In this document: positions 46,277 to 58,665 of the stretch, in pieces
How the letters are laid out: the number at the start of each line of letters is the position of its first letter
Numbering within the stretch: position 1 is the first letter of the stretch
DNA from: Macrostomum hystrix
Taxonomy: Eukaryota > Animalia > Platyhelminthes
Direction of reading: 5' to 3'
NCBI GenBank assembly: GCA_950097015.1
Contig: CATNEN010000001.1
Location: 25,110,001 to 25,174,000 of the forward strand
Length of the DNA stretch: 64,000 bases
Made by a program: the position numbers and the translations under genes
The notes under the pieces: model-generated
Databases searched by the model: none
What the model was told of the DNA's origin: nothing
What the model saw: only the letters and a program-made list of their open reading frames with translations

Positions 46277-47443
46277 TTACGTGCACATTGTCTGCAGCTG
46301 ACTTAGCTCGGCCGCTGAGAGCGTATCATTCGCAATCGCGTAACAGACGTAGCGACCTTTCAGAGCGCCGTTAGAGTTGCTGGTGTAGCCAAGGCGAAGA
46401 CAGAGCGGTGTGCCAGAGCAAGAGCCGCCAGAATCTTCAGATGCTACAGCAACGCCTTTACTATAGAAGGTGGTCAGGCTAGCTCCGTTGAACACTGCAC
46501 CAGCTGAAGCGTACTGCAAGTCTGATCCACTGTACATCGAGGTGGTGGATATTTTCCTGACGCAGGCATGCGAGGGGCCACCTGAACTGGGAAATATGTG
46601 CGTAATGCTGAGTTTCTCCCCCGTATCGAAAAATTCTCCACGACTCGAAGTCGGCGAGTTGCAGTCATAGAAGTAGTGATAGGACTGATGACTTTCTGAC
46701 GTCTGTCGATGAAGATTAGCATAAAAGGTAAACTTCTTAGTGTGCGCCAGGTAATTTGGCACCAACCTGTTTCCATCTGTGTCAATCTCGATGTAGTCAG
46801 AAGTGCTTCCGCCAGGAAAGCTTACTCCGGTACTGCTCTGAGTGAGAGATCCATGCGGTGCGGCGTTGTACTTCAACGGGTTGGCCAGGTTCGTGTAGCC
46901 CTGTCGAAAGTCAAAGAAGACGATCAGCTTAGACTGGAGAGCAGCGGGAATCGCAACTGATCCTCCAGTTTCTGATGCCGTTACCGCTTCTGGCATCGGG
47001 GCAGCAGCAGCAGCAGCTGGGGCAGCAGCAGCAGCAGCAGCTGGGGCAGCAGCAGCAGCAGCTGGGGCAGCAGTAGCCAGCTGAGCAGGGAGGCTGGTCA
47101 AGACGCTCGCCAAATTCGGCAGCTCCAAGTTCCTCGCGTGACTTACGCACGGATCAGTTCCAGGGACGTTCGCCGGTGAGAATTGGGTGGCCAGTTGCTG
47201 CGAGGTTCCAAAGTAGCAAATACCTGAGCTGCTCCTGAACACCACGGAGCAGTTGGTTGTGAGCGCGCACTCAACAAAGCAGGCCCTCGAGTCGATGGCA
47301 CCATCCAGCTTGGTGAGCTGGGCCAGGGTCGCGCTGGACGGACAAGTTTGGGTCAAGCTGAAATTCACCTTCAGAGTGACGGCACAGTCGGGTCCCACAG
47401 TTAGGAGGACCATTGCAGCCAGAAGCAGAGCCTGACCTCTCAT
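46277..47443 (-). CDS. Secreted protein family copy 1: signal peptide, PAN/apple-like Cys domain, Ala/Pro linker, LamG/ConA-like domain
   Basis: Intronless ORF; hydrophobic N-terminus from MRGQ; CFVECA-x4-CSVVF-x6-CYF; VFFDF...LRLGY...ALKGR...DTLSAAELSQL resembles LamG/pentraxin ends. Domain names are inferred. Confidence 0.8.
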   Translation of the reverse strand: MRGQALLLAAMVLLTVGPDCAVTLKVNFSLTQTCPSSATLAQLTKLDGAIDSRACFVECALTTNCSVVFRSSSGICYFGTSQQLATQFSPANVPGTDPCVSHARNLELPNLASVLTSLPAQLATAAPAAAAAAPAAAAAAAPAAAAAAPMPEAVTASETGGSVAIPAALQSKLIVFFDFRQGYTNLANPLKYNAAPHGSLTQSSTGVSFPGGSTSDYIEIDTDGNRLVPNYLAHTKKFTFYANLHRQTSESHQSYHYFYDCNSPTSSRGEFFDTGEKLSITHIFPSSGGPSHACVRKISTTSMYSGSDLQYASAGAVFNGASLTTFYSKGVAVASEDSGGSCSGTPLCLRLGYTSNSNGALKGRYVCYAIANDTLSAAELSQLQTMCT

Positions 47444-49097
47444 TGCCAATTTCCAAGCAAGAGACTCGCTACACAAAATAGGGAGATATTTTTCCAGCAG
47501 ATGCAAACTGCCATCCACACTCCAAAGTGGGTCGTGTGCGTGCTGCTTCTATGCGCCTGTGGCTTTAATTTATAACAAGCGGATCGCTCCAACTAATATG
47601 AAACCCAGTTACCATGGCAAAGCATGATTTGGCGCTAAATTTAGAGTAAAACTTGTTCAAGCAATTTGCATGAATGCAAAATCGTAGTTTTTATCGAGAA
47701 AAAACTGCCAGGCACAAAAGGCATTTGCAGGTTAGCTGTTCGAATGATGATCAACCAACGATGCGTTCTCTTTACAGAGAGTTCACAGAGTACTCACGTC
47801 TAATTTAGAAAAAGTACGCCACTTTTTTAACTTTACCCAGCTCACAGTTAGCGGAAAAATGCGCAGAAAATGGTTTCATTTTTTAGTAATTTGTAAAGAA
47901 GAAAAACAAAAGAACGAATTCTCTGTAAAAAGACATGGTACATCAAATATTAAAAATATTGAACTACAAAACCAAGTAAAAAATTTGAATGGAAAAGGTT
48001 TTAAGATTTCCATTGTCGATTAGCTTTGTAGCGAAAAAAATAGCGGAATTTTCTAATTCGAGTTCATAGCAAAAGCAGAGACACTAGCGTTACTACTATT
48101 AGTGCGGTAGATGAAACGAGCCTTCTAAAATATATAAGATAATTTAAATACCTTTTTTGATAAAGGAATCGGCATAATGAAAAGCAAGGAGCCATACTCT
48201 TACGAGTACATTTCATTTTTCACTGAAAGGAAATAATCAAAGGATGATTTACAGTCGGATGTAATTTTACTCAACTTTATATTCATATTCTTCACATTCA
48301 ACTTTACCCGTTCAAATGATAGGCGAAAATTTTCCAATTCAGATGAAATGGGCTTGTCAAGTCAGGACTGTCATGTCGTGAGCTGACCCCTGACATCTCA
48401 GCTAAAACTTTGGAAGCTTCTCTGCAATCTCTGCTTTAGGAAACCGATTGAATGCTCTCTGGCATCAGAAAGGCGTGTAGGACTGTCGCATTGCTTCTTT
48501 TATACACCCATAGCCTGGGCATAGGGGAGCAAAAGAACAGAGAATCATTTTGCATACTGATAGGACAGGTGTTCTATTGGTTTCACATTGCTGAATATCG
48601 ACAGTGAGGGGGTCCAGTGGGTTAATTTGCAAGCATTTGGAGCCCATTATTTGGTTTTAGCATTCTGCCTAGTGTCTTGGAAAACTGTAGGACTGGCTAG
48701 AAAATTGCTCGTGAAATCAAAAGAGGCAAGAAACTCTCTTGTATACAGAGAAAAGTTTCTAACAGTTTGCTTTTTCGGCAGCAATCTTACCCTATTCTTC
48801 CAAAAGAAGTGTCTCGTGCCTACTGATTACTGAACACTAAAATAGGCGTGCGATATAGTGGGTACTGTAAGCTCGAAATTAAATTCTTCATACAAAAAAA
48901 ACATTTTAAATTGCATCAACAGATGAAATTTTACAGTATGGCGGTGCCTAACCCAACTCTACACAGCTGTGAAGTGCTAGAAATTTTTGCGGGTGTGGTA
49001 GTTTTGGTCTAGCTTTCGTGTTCTCCACTTTAAAATATCTTTTGTTGGCGTGCACCTGAAAACGCCGTAAACCAAGATGATTATCTTCCACATAAAC

Positions 49098-50174
49098 TCA
49101 GCTGGTACAGAAAGATTGCAGCTGCTTGAGCTCAGACAGCGTCAGTGTGTCATTGGCCACGACATAGCAGACGAAGCGGCCTTTCAACGCGTAAGATGAG
49201 GTGCTGTGGTATCCAAGACGCAGGCACAGAGGCGGACCTGAGTATGATCCTGAAATGGGATCAGTGCTCTGAAGTCCTCCACCTTTGAACAGGCTGACCA
49301 GGCTGTTGCCACTGAAAATTGCGCCCACAGATGCCAGTTGCAAATTGTCATTGTCTCCGAAAACCGTATTTTTTGACTCTTCCGCAACAGAACTAGATGA
49401 CATTGTAGGATTAGAAGTTCCTGGAAACATGTGCTTGATCCTCATTTTCTCTCCAGTATCGAAAAATTCGCCATGGCTAGCAGTCGATGAGCAATCATAG
49501 AAGTAATGGTAGGTCTGACGCTCGTCACTCTGTCGGTAGAGTCTAGCATAGAAGGTGAACTTCTTTGCGCGAGCCAGGTAAGTCGATGCCAGACTGTTTC
49601 CATCAGTGTCAACCTCGATGTAGTCCGAAGAGGTACCTCCGGGAAAAGTTACTCCGGTACTATCTCGAGAAATAGATCCGTGAGGAGTGGCAGCATACTT
49701 CGATGGGTTCGCCAGGTTGTTGTATCCCCGTCGGAAGTCGAAGAATATAACTAGCTTGGACTGGAGAGCTGCTGAGATTCCGATTGATCCAGTAGGCGCA
49801 GGTGTAGTCGGTGTGGTAGCAGTGCTGCCGGACATTAGGAGTGTCGCCCATTTCGTAGATTCTGAGATCCTCACGTGACTAACGCACGGATCAGTTCCAG
49901 GTGTGTTCGTCGGCGAGAACTGGGTCGCCAGCTGCTGCGAGGTTCCAAAGTAGCACATGCCTGAGCTGCTCCTGAACAGCACGGAGCAGTTCCCCGCGAC
50001 TGCGCACTCGACGAAGCAGGTGATGGAGTCGACGGCGCCCTCCAGCTTGGTGAGCTGACTCAAGCTTGAATTCGCCGGACAGGTGTGGGTCTTGGTGAAG
50101 TTCACTTTAAGATTCAGTGCACAGACTGATATTGTGGTCGTGGAAACCAAGATAGCTATAAATATGTTTCTCAT
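49098..50174 (-). CDS. Secreted protein family copy 2 (358 aa)
   Basis: Paralog of copy 1 with signal peptide and conserved Cys pattern. Confidence 0.85.
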   Translation of the reverse strand: MRNIFIAILVSTTTISVCALNLKVNFTKTHTCPANSSLSQLTKLEGAVDSITCFVECAVAGNCSVLFRSSSGMCYFGTSQQLATQFSPTNTPGTDPCVSHVRISESTKWATLLMSGSTATTPTTPAPTGSIGISAALQSKLVIFFDFRRGYNNLANPSKYAATPHGSISRDSTGVTFPGGTSSDYIEVDTDGNSLASTYLARAKKFTFYARLYRQSDERQTYHYFYDCSSTASHGEFFDTGEKMRIKHMFPGTSNPTMSSSSVAEESKNTVFGDNDNLQLASVGAIFSGNSLVSLFKGGGLQSTDPISGSYSGPPLCLRLGYHSTSSYALKGRFVCYVVANDTLTLSELKQLQSFCTS

Positions 50175-51160
50175 TGCGTATCTGCGAGTGAAGTATTTCT
50201 CGGTCGTTAGTCTTGAGGTTTTCCTGCAAGCTACGCTTTAGCGCTGAGTTTTTGTCTGCAATGTGTTGCAATCAGCCATCCAATGGAAATTTTTCGGATC
50301 AGTTGCTATGGCAGTTGCCATGGCAAAGCGCCATCTATGCATCCAGGAGTTCCTAACATTATTTAAAGTTGTGCCAACATGTAGGGTCAAGTATAGGGTA
50401 GGGTAACAAGTTGACAAATTTTTTAGCAATACAAAAGTTTCTGCGACTCAGTGAGGTAGCTCTTGGAAGATGCAGATGCGTTTAAAAATTTCAAGCCATT
50501 TTCACAAACTATGCTGCCCTGCCATTGCTTTCAAGGCTCTGCGTGCATCCTCATTCACTTGATTATTGTATTTTTTCAAGCTGAGATACAAGCCACAAAA
50601 TTGGGAGCTATCTATTTATCTATCTATCTATCTATCTATCTAGAGCTAAACTTGTTTTTTTGCTCTAGCCCGCATTGAAGCAAAAAATCGATCGGCTCCA
50701 AAGGCAGGCACCCTGACAAGCCAGTTCAGGGCAAGCTGGGCAAAAGACTGCTTGGCTCCTGTCAGATGGTCGCTAAGAACTCCAGCCCAAGCAGAAGGTA
50801 CTCCAAGTGGCTTTTTTAACAAAGGGAAGCAGGAGCCGGGGCATTCCGGTCTCACTGAAGCGGCCGGGTACCCAACGAGGTCATGCCTGAGTTATGTGCG
50901 GGCCCAAAGAAAAGGCTTTGAAACAAATTTTTTGATTCAAAACATTTGTTTGATATTACCTGACAGTGGTTTATTACAATTAAATTAATTTTCAGCACAG
51001 TTCAGATCCTTTAAACTATTAAAGACAGAAGCATTCATAATCTTTGATAGATACATAAAGTTACTCTCGTATTGTTACTTTTTTATCCACTTAATTTCTT
51101 AAGGATTGTCATCATTCCTTGACCATTGAATTTGTAGATGCAGATCCTGATTGGTTTCAC

Positions 51161-52441
51161 TCAACCGAGGCAGAAGCCCTCAAGTTGTTGTAACTCGCTT
51201 TTCGACAGGGTTGCGTTGGCCACTGCGTAGCACACAAACAGGCCACTCAAAGCGTCCGACGGATTTCGTTGTAACCAAGACGGAGGCACAGAGGCTGGCC
51301 TGAGTTGCTGGAGCTGTCGTCATCTTGGTTTCGGAAATCTCCACTGACGTAGAACTGGTTCAGACTAGCTCCGTTGAAAACTGCGCCAGCTGAAGCGGAC
51401 GTCCTCGATGATGAGAAGGAATCGTCGCTAGTCTTCTTCGCCACAACCGCAATCGAATAACCGTTAGTGGCGGGAAACATATGCGTCACGTGCAGCCTTT
51501 GGCCGTCATCGAAAAATACGCCCCGATTGTTCGCTGTGGTCTCACAGTCGTAGAAGTAGTGGTAGGTTTGGCGTGAAGAACCCTGGCGAAAAAGTCTAGC
51601 GAAAAATGAGTACTTCATCGAATGGACCAGATAGGTTGAAGCAAGTGACTGGCCATCGGTATCCACCTCGATGTAGCTGGGCGAGTTGCCAGGAAAGTAG
51701 GCACCGCTGATAATTTTGTAGACAGATCCGAAGACGGATACGTTGTGCTTTGCCAGGTTCGCTAGGTTGGTGTAACCCTGTCTAAAGTCGAAGAAAATCA
51801 CGAGTTTCGACATCAGATCCGCAGTCAGGCTCGCTGGAGGGACTGGATTAGAGCCACCTCCGGCGTTAGTCTAATCCCAAGTCCTCACATAGCTCTCACA
51901 CTTGTGAGAGATACAATTCAGACTACTGACAACAGTAGAAAAGCAAAGACTTGGCTGCAAAACTCTCACATAACACTAAAAAAGTATCGCCATAAAAATA
52001 GCTAGCTTAAAATAGACTTCTGTGCACACTAAGAGTGGTGGGGGAGGACGGCGTGTGGCTATGGCTGACTGACGAAGGCAAACAAGCCAGAAACCGGTCT
52101 CGGTCTGCCAGCGCGAGGTTCGTTCCCCACTTTTAGTGTGTTACAAAACTATTCGAGGCCGGGAAGATTGATGGCAGAAAAATTGCTCTCGAGTTGATCC
52201 TTCGTTCCAAAGTAGCACACACCTGAACTGCTCCTGAACACCACGGAGCAGTGCTTCACTGAGGCACAGTCAGCGAAGCAGGCTCTCGTGTCGACAGTGC
52301 GTTCCAACTGTCTTAACCGCCTAGGCTGGCGTTGGATGGACAGGTTGGCGTCCTTGTGAAGTTCACTTTCACGATGACAGCCCCATTAGATGAGGAAATA
52401 CTCGAGAATATTGTTAAAAGAAGGAACTTAGTATATTCCAT
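51161..52441 (-). pseudogene. Secreted protein family copy 3, disrupted
   Basis: Homologous throughout, but with a frameshift/stop near 52313, TAGs near 52150 and 51871, a ~240-bp insertion and a frameshift near 51255. Confidence 0.85.
51903..52145 (-). mobile_element. Short TG...CA element, copy B, inserted in the pseudogene
   Basis: Reverse complement of 27588-27829; flanks ACACT/AAACT (5-bp TSD with one mismatch); removing it plus one TSD restores the paralog frame. Confidence 0.8.
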
Positions 52442-54499
52442 TATTTTCACCTTGTATCGGCGTTTTCTGTCGAATTCCCTCCGTGTTATAAGCCTCATCA
52501 TTTTCTCGTGCAATATTTTTATCATCCGGCAGACTCCGGCGTCGTCCAATAGCAGGAAAGCATGCATATTTTGCGGCAGAGCTCATAGTCAGCAAACACT
52601 CGTGTTTATCTGGTTACCTATTCAGATCTTTTCGCCCTAATGAGTTCGTGCTGCTGTTTAGTGAGGCAATTAAAACATAAAGTATTGAGGAAAATTTCTC
52701 AAAAAATGCTCTCAACCAAGTCTCACGAAGATGTGGACTCGAACTGAATTGATCAGGCCAAATTGACAACTTGCTGCACTTTATTCTTCTAGTCACTTCG
52801 TACGTTCAATTTAAGGGGTGTCTCCTTGAGGCCCACCAATGAACAGCGTTTCTGTGTCTTCTTAATTTCGAAACTTTTTAACAATGTATTGATAAATTGA
52901 TTGCTGCGCAATGAGCTACTCAAAGCACTCAATACACTCGCAATACAGTTACCAGCAATAAACTAGCTGTAGAAATTAGTTCTCAAAATGACTTGAATCT
53001 TATCTGGTCTGGCTCTGTTGTGTATGTCTGGTTGAACGAAACAGTGAAACACTCAATAATTCCCTCATCTCACTACTAAAATGTTTTTGGTTGGCAGTCA
53101 GTTTGTTATTGGTTCGATCGTTAACCATTAATTTAATAATTGCGTGGCAAAACTGCAAAGCGCAAGCAGTAGATTTTAATTTTAAACCTTAATAAATGTA
53201 ATAATCGTTTCAGTGTACCAATGCCGTTATACTCGTAGTTTGAAAGCACAATTTTGAGCTTAAAAAGTTATTGGATACATGATCAATGGCTGTCGTATAA
53301 CTCCTAAAAATAGAACGCCCTAGCTGGCTACGTGCAGGTGATCCGTAAGTCACAAGGTACGTCCTAATTTATTGTGAGCAGATTAGCGGAAACTCTGAAA
53401 GGCCCAACTAGTGCTATTGTACTAAGTGAGCTCTAGTTTCCAGATCGTGACTACTAACAAAAGGTTTACAAGGGAAACGACACCCTTTTCGGTGAAAAAT
53501 CTTTTTTGCTACTATTATGCTCCGTTCTTTCTGTTCCAACCGCCGTCATCAAATTGTCTATAGTTCTACCCCTGTTTCCCTGGTAACGGATTCTAACTAA
53601 CTTTAACTTCTTAATAAATCTAGCTTTTCATATTAAATGGTTTCCTAAGACAATCTTTGTAATTGCATTTTTTCCAAAATTAGCAACGCGGTTGACAAAA
53701 TAGCAAAAAAGCTTTCCATTGTTCTCGGAAGCGGCTCGGAGCGAAAAAAAGCCCTTTGCATTTGGCGGATCGTAAAATACGACGAAATTACGAGACTCGT
53801 AAAATATTCCTTTGTCTAAAACAGACTCTAAAATTAAATCTAACAAATGCTTTCATCATTGCATGCAGGCATTCGAAAAGACATAAAAATATATTCCCGT
53901 AGTACAGTAGTTTTTTGACCGAGTTTTATTAGGGGCTATCAAGCGCATGGGAAAATCTACAAACTACGAGCTCAAAATTAAACCTAATTCTGAACGCATT
54001 AGCTAGGACTCAAACTAAACTGAAATTAAGCCATCCATTTTTCTGGCATGATTCTTATAATTAGTTTAACATTTAATAGACGGAAACGCGACCCATAATT
54101 CATCACAAAGGAAATCGAAACCATAAAAGCACATTAACTTTACACCAGCGAAGACCGGGCTGAAGTTGGATTAAGCAGAAACTAGTATTGTATCTTGAGT
54201 CGCGGATAAATTCACATTGCACATGCTAACTCAGCTTCGCAACTTTGAAGTCCCGGACATGCGTACGTGTCGATATGAATGCGAGCGAGTCACAGTTTGT
54301 AACAGCCGCGAAATTGTGCAAAAGGTAACGAATTTTAGTTTTGCCACGTGTATTTTAGAGGTGGGCAGACAGTAGTGATATCCGAAAGAAAGTCTAAAAC
54401 ATTACAGTGAGGGAGCTTAGACTTTTCTATCACGAACAGCTTTTAGCTCGTAGTCAATCAGCAGTCACATCAGTCTATCTCTATCAATCCCAGAATCGT

Positions 54500-55555
54500 T
54501 CAGTTGGCGCAGTAAGTCTCAAGCTCTTGCAGCTCGCTCAGTGAGAGGGAGTCGTTCGCCACAGCGTAGCAGACGAAACGGCCCTTAAGAGCGGACGACG
54601 AGTCGCTGTGGTATCCAAGACGAAGACACAGCGGCTGACCCGAATAGCTGGCACTGGAACTATCCTTGCTCTTGAAGGCTCCGAGGCTAAACAGACTCAG
54701 CAGGCGACTGCCGTCAAAAACGGCACCAGCTGAGGATAGCTGCTCCATGCTGCTGCTGCTGAGCACGTTTTTGTCAGTCTTGTAAGCCACAATCCTCTCA
54801 GAGAAGTATCCGACGCTAGGAAAACTGTGCGCCACCCGAATCCGACTTCCGTCGTCATAGAATTCACCGCGGCTTTCAGTCGACGCGCAGTCGTAAAAGT
54901 AGTGATAATACTGCCGACCCGTGCTCTGGCGGCGCAGTCGGGCGTAGAAGGTGAAGCGTTTGCTGTGGGCCAGGTAAGTGGATGCCAGAGTGGCTCCATC
55001 TGTGTCCACTTCAATGTAGTCCCGGCTACTTCCAGTAGGAAAGCTGGCTCCCTGACTATCTCTGACAACAGACCCGTAGGCGACAGCGTTGTACTTGGAT
55101 GGATTCACAAGGTTGGAGAAGCCTCTGCGGAAGTCAAGAAGGATTACGAGCTTTCCCAGGAGAGTGGCGCTCATGTTAGCGGTTAGCTGCTGACCTGCCA
55201 TAGATCTGTTGGCATCATTCGGTCCATCCCAGATCCTTGCGTAGCTTTCGCACGACTTAGAACTGAGATTTTTCTCAGCAGAAAAGTTGGCCTGAAACTG
55301 CAGCTGGCTTCCAAAATAGCAACCACTTGAGCTGCTCCGGAACAGCACTGAGCAGTCATTCGCAACCGCGCACTCCAGAAAACAGGACAGCGAGTCAAGA
55401 CCGCCACCGAGTTTGGCTGGCCGCAATTGGCTCAGCATTGAGCTCGACGGGCACACCTGAGCCCTGGCGAATTTCACACGGAGTTTGAGAGCGCTGTCAC
55501 ATCCTGCAAATAAGCAGAATAGCACAGCCACGGTTGCGAGCACCAATTTGCTCAT
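54500..55555 (-). CDS. Secreted protein family copy 4
   Basis: Intact paralog starting MSKLVLATVAVLFCLFAGC; TATAAAA about 70 bp upstream. Confidence 0.85.
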   Translation of the reverse strand: MSKLVLATVAVLFCLFAGCDSALKLRVKFARAQVCPSSSMLSQLRPAKLGGGLDSLSCFLECAVANDCSVLFRSSSSGCYFGSQLQFQANFSAEKNLSSKSCESYARIWDGPNDANRSMAGQQLTANMSATLLGKLVILLDFRRGFSNLVNPSKYNAVAYGSVVRDSQGASFPTGSSRDYIEVDTDGATLASTYLAHSKRFTFYARLRRQSTGRQYYHYFYDCASTESRGEFYDDGSRIRVAHSFPSVGYFSERIVAYKTDKNVLSSSSMEQLSSAGAVFDGSRLLSLFSLGAFKSKDSSSASYSGQPLCLRLGYHSDSSSALKGRFVCYAVANDSLSLSELQELETYCAN

Positions 55556-55916
55556 TTTTTCAGTTATGATCGAAACTATAGCTGTGAACGACTCTAGAAA
55601 AAAATGCTGCCGAAACTCCTCCCTTTTATACTCTGACTCATCCAATCACAGTCCTCTCGGCTTGTCCTTCGCTTGCTTCTAAAATTCTGTTCGTTAACCG
55701 AAGCGTCCGCAAAAAGGCATAGAAATTTGATGCCAGAACACGCTACTGCAGATGGGTGTAATAAAGTAGCATCGCAAAGGATATGAAGGTCTCATTCAGA
55801 TGTTTTTCATCACAGGAATCGAATTCACTGCGATTTTGACCCACGATTTTATAAAAGTAACGAGGACAGAAAAGGAGCTAATAACTCATACTGATATTAT
55901 TAGCTATATTATTAGT

Positions 55917-56095
55917 CCGTCCAGCGCGACCCTGGCCCAGCTCGCCAAGCTCGAGGGTCTGCTTTGCTGAATGCGCGCTCACAACCAACTGCTCCGTGGT
56001 GTTCAGGAGCAGCTCAGGTATTTGCTACTTTGGAAACTCGCAGCAACTGGCCACCCAATTCTCACCGGCGAATATCCCTGGAACTGATCCTTGCC
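55917..56095 (+). pseudogene. Inverted fragment of the copy-1 PAN-like region
   Basis: Closely matches the reverse complement of ~47150-47342 with an internal deletion. Confidence 0.8.
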
Positions 56096-57582
56096 TGCGT
56101 GCCTGATATCGGTATTTGAAATATTTCAATATTTGAAATTTGAGTATTTGAAAATCGGTATCTAAAATACAATTTCTCCCTTCAATGTTTAACCACTGTG
56201 GTGGTGGTGGCAGCTCCGATGCTATCTTACTACTTTCAGTACACACGTCAGCTGCCCGGTAACTTACGATGGGTTTCCTCAGCTCATAGACTGAATAGTC
56301 ATTCGCAGCCTTCGGATGCACCGCGCTATATCTGTACCTGTGCTCTCGGCTACGCTTGCGGATTGGGGCAGGTGTAATCAATCATGGGTGCTGACTCGGG
56401 TCATTTTAGGGCCCCGTCATAAACACTTATACTATGACCGTGTATACTAAGTAAATATAATTGTGTACAGAGAATCGTGCTGTTGACGCTCTGTCATACT
56501 AATTGCTCGACCTGGTGTAACGAAAGAGCGCTGCGACTCGAGGTGCAGTGACACTCAGGAGTGCTTCTAGTTGACTCGTCTGAGAAGTCGCTTGGCAATG
56601 GGACACAATGCACCTGATACTGTAAGGAGCTGCTGTGCTGCAGTGGTCACCTTTACTGGCGTGATGATGATGCAAGGAAATACTACTGCTTGACTTGTAA
56701 AGAAGCGAGATCTTACCGGTGCCTATTTCTATAGCTAGCTTAAAGATGCACAACTCGCCGTTAACTTTTCGATTGTATATTAGCAAGTATTGATAGTAAG
56801 AGACAGTTTTCAGCACTCACTTGCAGAGCATCAGGCGCAGTAAAAACTCGATGGATAGCAGAGCGAGAGAGAGAAAGAACCAAAAATGAAGAAAGACAGA
56901 CAGAAAGATAGAGAGAACCATTCTCACAGGGCTCAGCCAATCAGAGTAGAGCTCCGAGCTAGACAAAAATGGGGAGAAGGAGGAGAATACATTAAAGAGG
57001 GCGAGAAAGAGAGAGAGCCGATCCAGCCAATAGGGTGACGAAACTTCGTACACAATTACACCAAATTGGTGCTAATTAAACAGGAGCCGGCTCGCCAACC
57101 CCAGACCATCAAGAACTGGTCCAGGAGACTGGTCAAGAGTGTCCGTCAGCGCGAAAAGGAACAATCGGAAAGTGTAGCACACTGACGCGAATAAAGCGCG
57201 TCAGGAACTATTTGTTCCTAAGAAATTATTGACAGTGGGGTGGTTAAGAGTTTCTGTTTGGAGTCGCAGGTTGGGTTTGAGGTGGATGCGGTACCCCGAT
57301 TGGCTGGGTGAGCCTGATTGACAGGCTACATAACTGAAAGTGGATAGAAGTTCAGTACTGTATATGCTCGTATGTTATATAGTATAAAATAAATACCTTA
57401 CTTTTTCTTCAAGCTTAAACTGATCACAAGGTTTAGCGCTCGGTACAAATCAGAAGAAGGACGAAGAAGGCTTACACGATGCAACTCACTACAGTCTTAA
57501 TTCACTAAAGACACAATTCGCTTCTTTGATATCCTGTTAAAAAAATCGTTATTTCTTCTTCCATACTATTCTCAAAAACAAC

Positions 57583-58665
57583 TCAGCTTGCGCAGAACGA
57601 TTGGAGCTGCGTGAGCTCAGACAGTGTCAGTGTGTCATTGGCCACGACATAGCAGACGAAGCGGCCTTTTAGCGCATAAGTTGAGGTGCTGTGGTATCCA
57701 AGACGCAGACACAGAGGGGGACCTATATACCATCCTGCAACGGAATTAGTGTTCTGAAGTCCTCCATCCTTGAACAGGCTGACCAGGCTGTTGCCATCGA
57801 AAATTGCACCCACTGATGCCAGCTGTGAGTTATTACTGCCGCTGAACACAGAATTTGTAGTCTCCTGTGAAACAACGCTGAACGAAATGAAAAAATTGTC
57901 ACTTCCTGGAAACATGTGCGTGATCCTCATTTTCTCTCCAGTATCGAAAAATTCGCCATGGCTAGCAGTCGATGAGCAATCATAGAAGTAATGGTAGGTC
58001 TGACGCTCGTCACTCTGTCGGTAGAGTCTAGCATAGAAGGTGAACTTCTTTGCGCGAGCCAGGTAAGTCGATGCCAGACTGTTTCCATCAGTGTCAACCT
58101 CGATGTAGTCCGAAGAGGTACCTCCGGGAAAAGTTACTCCGGTACTATCTCGAGAAATAGATCCGTGAGGAGTGGCGGCATACTTCGATGGGTTCGCCAG
58201 GTTGTTGTATCCCCGTCGGAAGTCGAAGAATATAACTAGCTTGGACTGGAGAGCTGCTGAGATTCCGATTGATCCAGTAGGCGCAGGTGTAGTCGGTGTG
58301 GTAGCAGTGCTGCCGGACATTAGGAGTGTCGCCCATTTCGTAGATTCTGAGATCCTCACGTGACTAACGCACGGATCAGTTCCAGGTGTGTTCGTCGGCG
58401 AGAACTGGATCGCCAGCTGCTGCGAGGTTCCAAAGTAGCACATGCCTGAGCTGCTCCTGAACAGCACGGAGCAGTTCCCCGCGACTGCGCACTCGACGAA
58501 GCAGGTGATGGAGTCGACGGCGCCCTCCAGCTTGGTGAGCTGACTCAAGCTGGAATTCGCCGGACAGGTGTGGGTCTTGGTGAAGTTTATTTTCTGGGCT
58601 TCAGCTACATCGGCTTCTGAAAGTAAACCGATCAATACGATAGCAGCTGTAATTTTCACCTGCAT
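57583..58665 (-). CDS. Secreted protein family copy 5
   Basis: Intact ORF from MQVKITAAIVLIGLL; central ~680 bp nearly identical to copy 2. Confidence 0.85.
   Translation of the reverse strand: MQVKITAAIVLIGLLSEADVAEAQKINFTKTHTCPANSSLSQLTKLEGAVDSITCFVECAVAGNCSVLFRSSSGMCYFGTSQQLAIQFSPTNTPGTDPCVSHVRISESTKWATLLMSGSTATTPTTPAPTGSIGISAALQSKLVIFFDFRRGYNNLANPSKYAATPHGSISRDSTGVTFPGGTSSDYIEVDTDGNSLASTYLARAKKFTFYARLYRQSDERQTYHYFYDCSSTASHGEFFDTGEKMRITHMFPGSDNFFISFSVVSQETTNSVFSGSNNSQLASVGAIFDGNSLVSLFKDGGLQNTNSVAGWYIGPPLCLRLGYHSTSTYALKGRFVCYVVANDTLTLSELTQLQSFCAS

Noticed and set aside
56373-57060. Possible LTR (TGTAAT...ATTACA followed by TGGTGCT)
   Set aside because: No TSD, no partner LTR and no internal coding sequence in the window.
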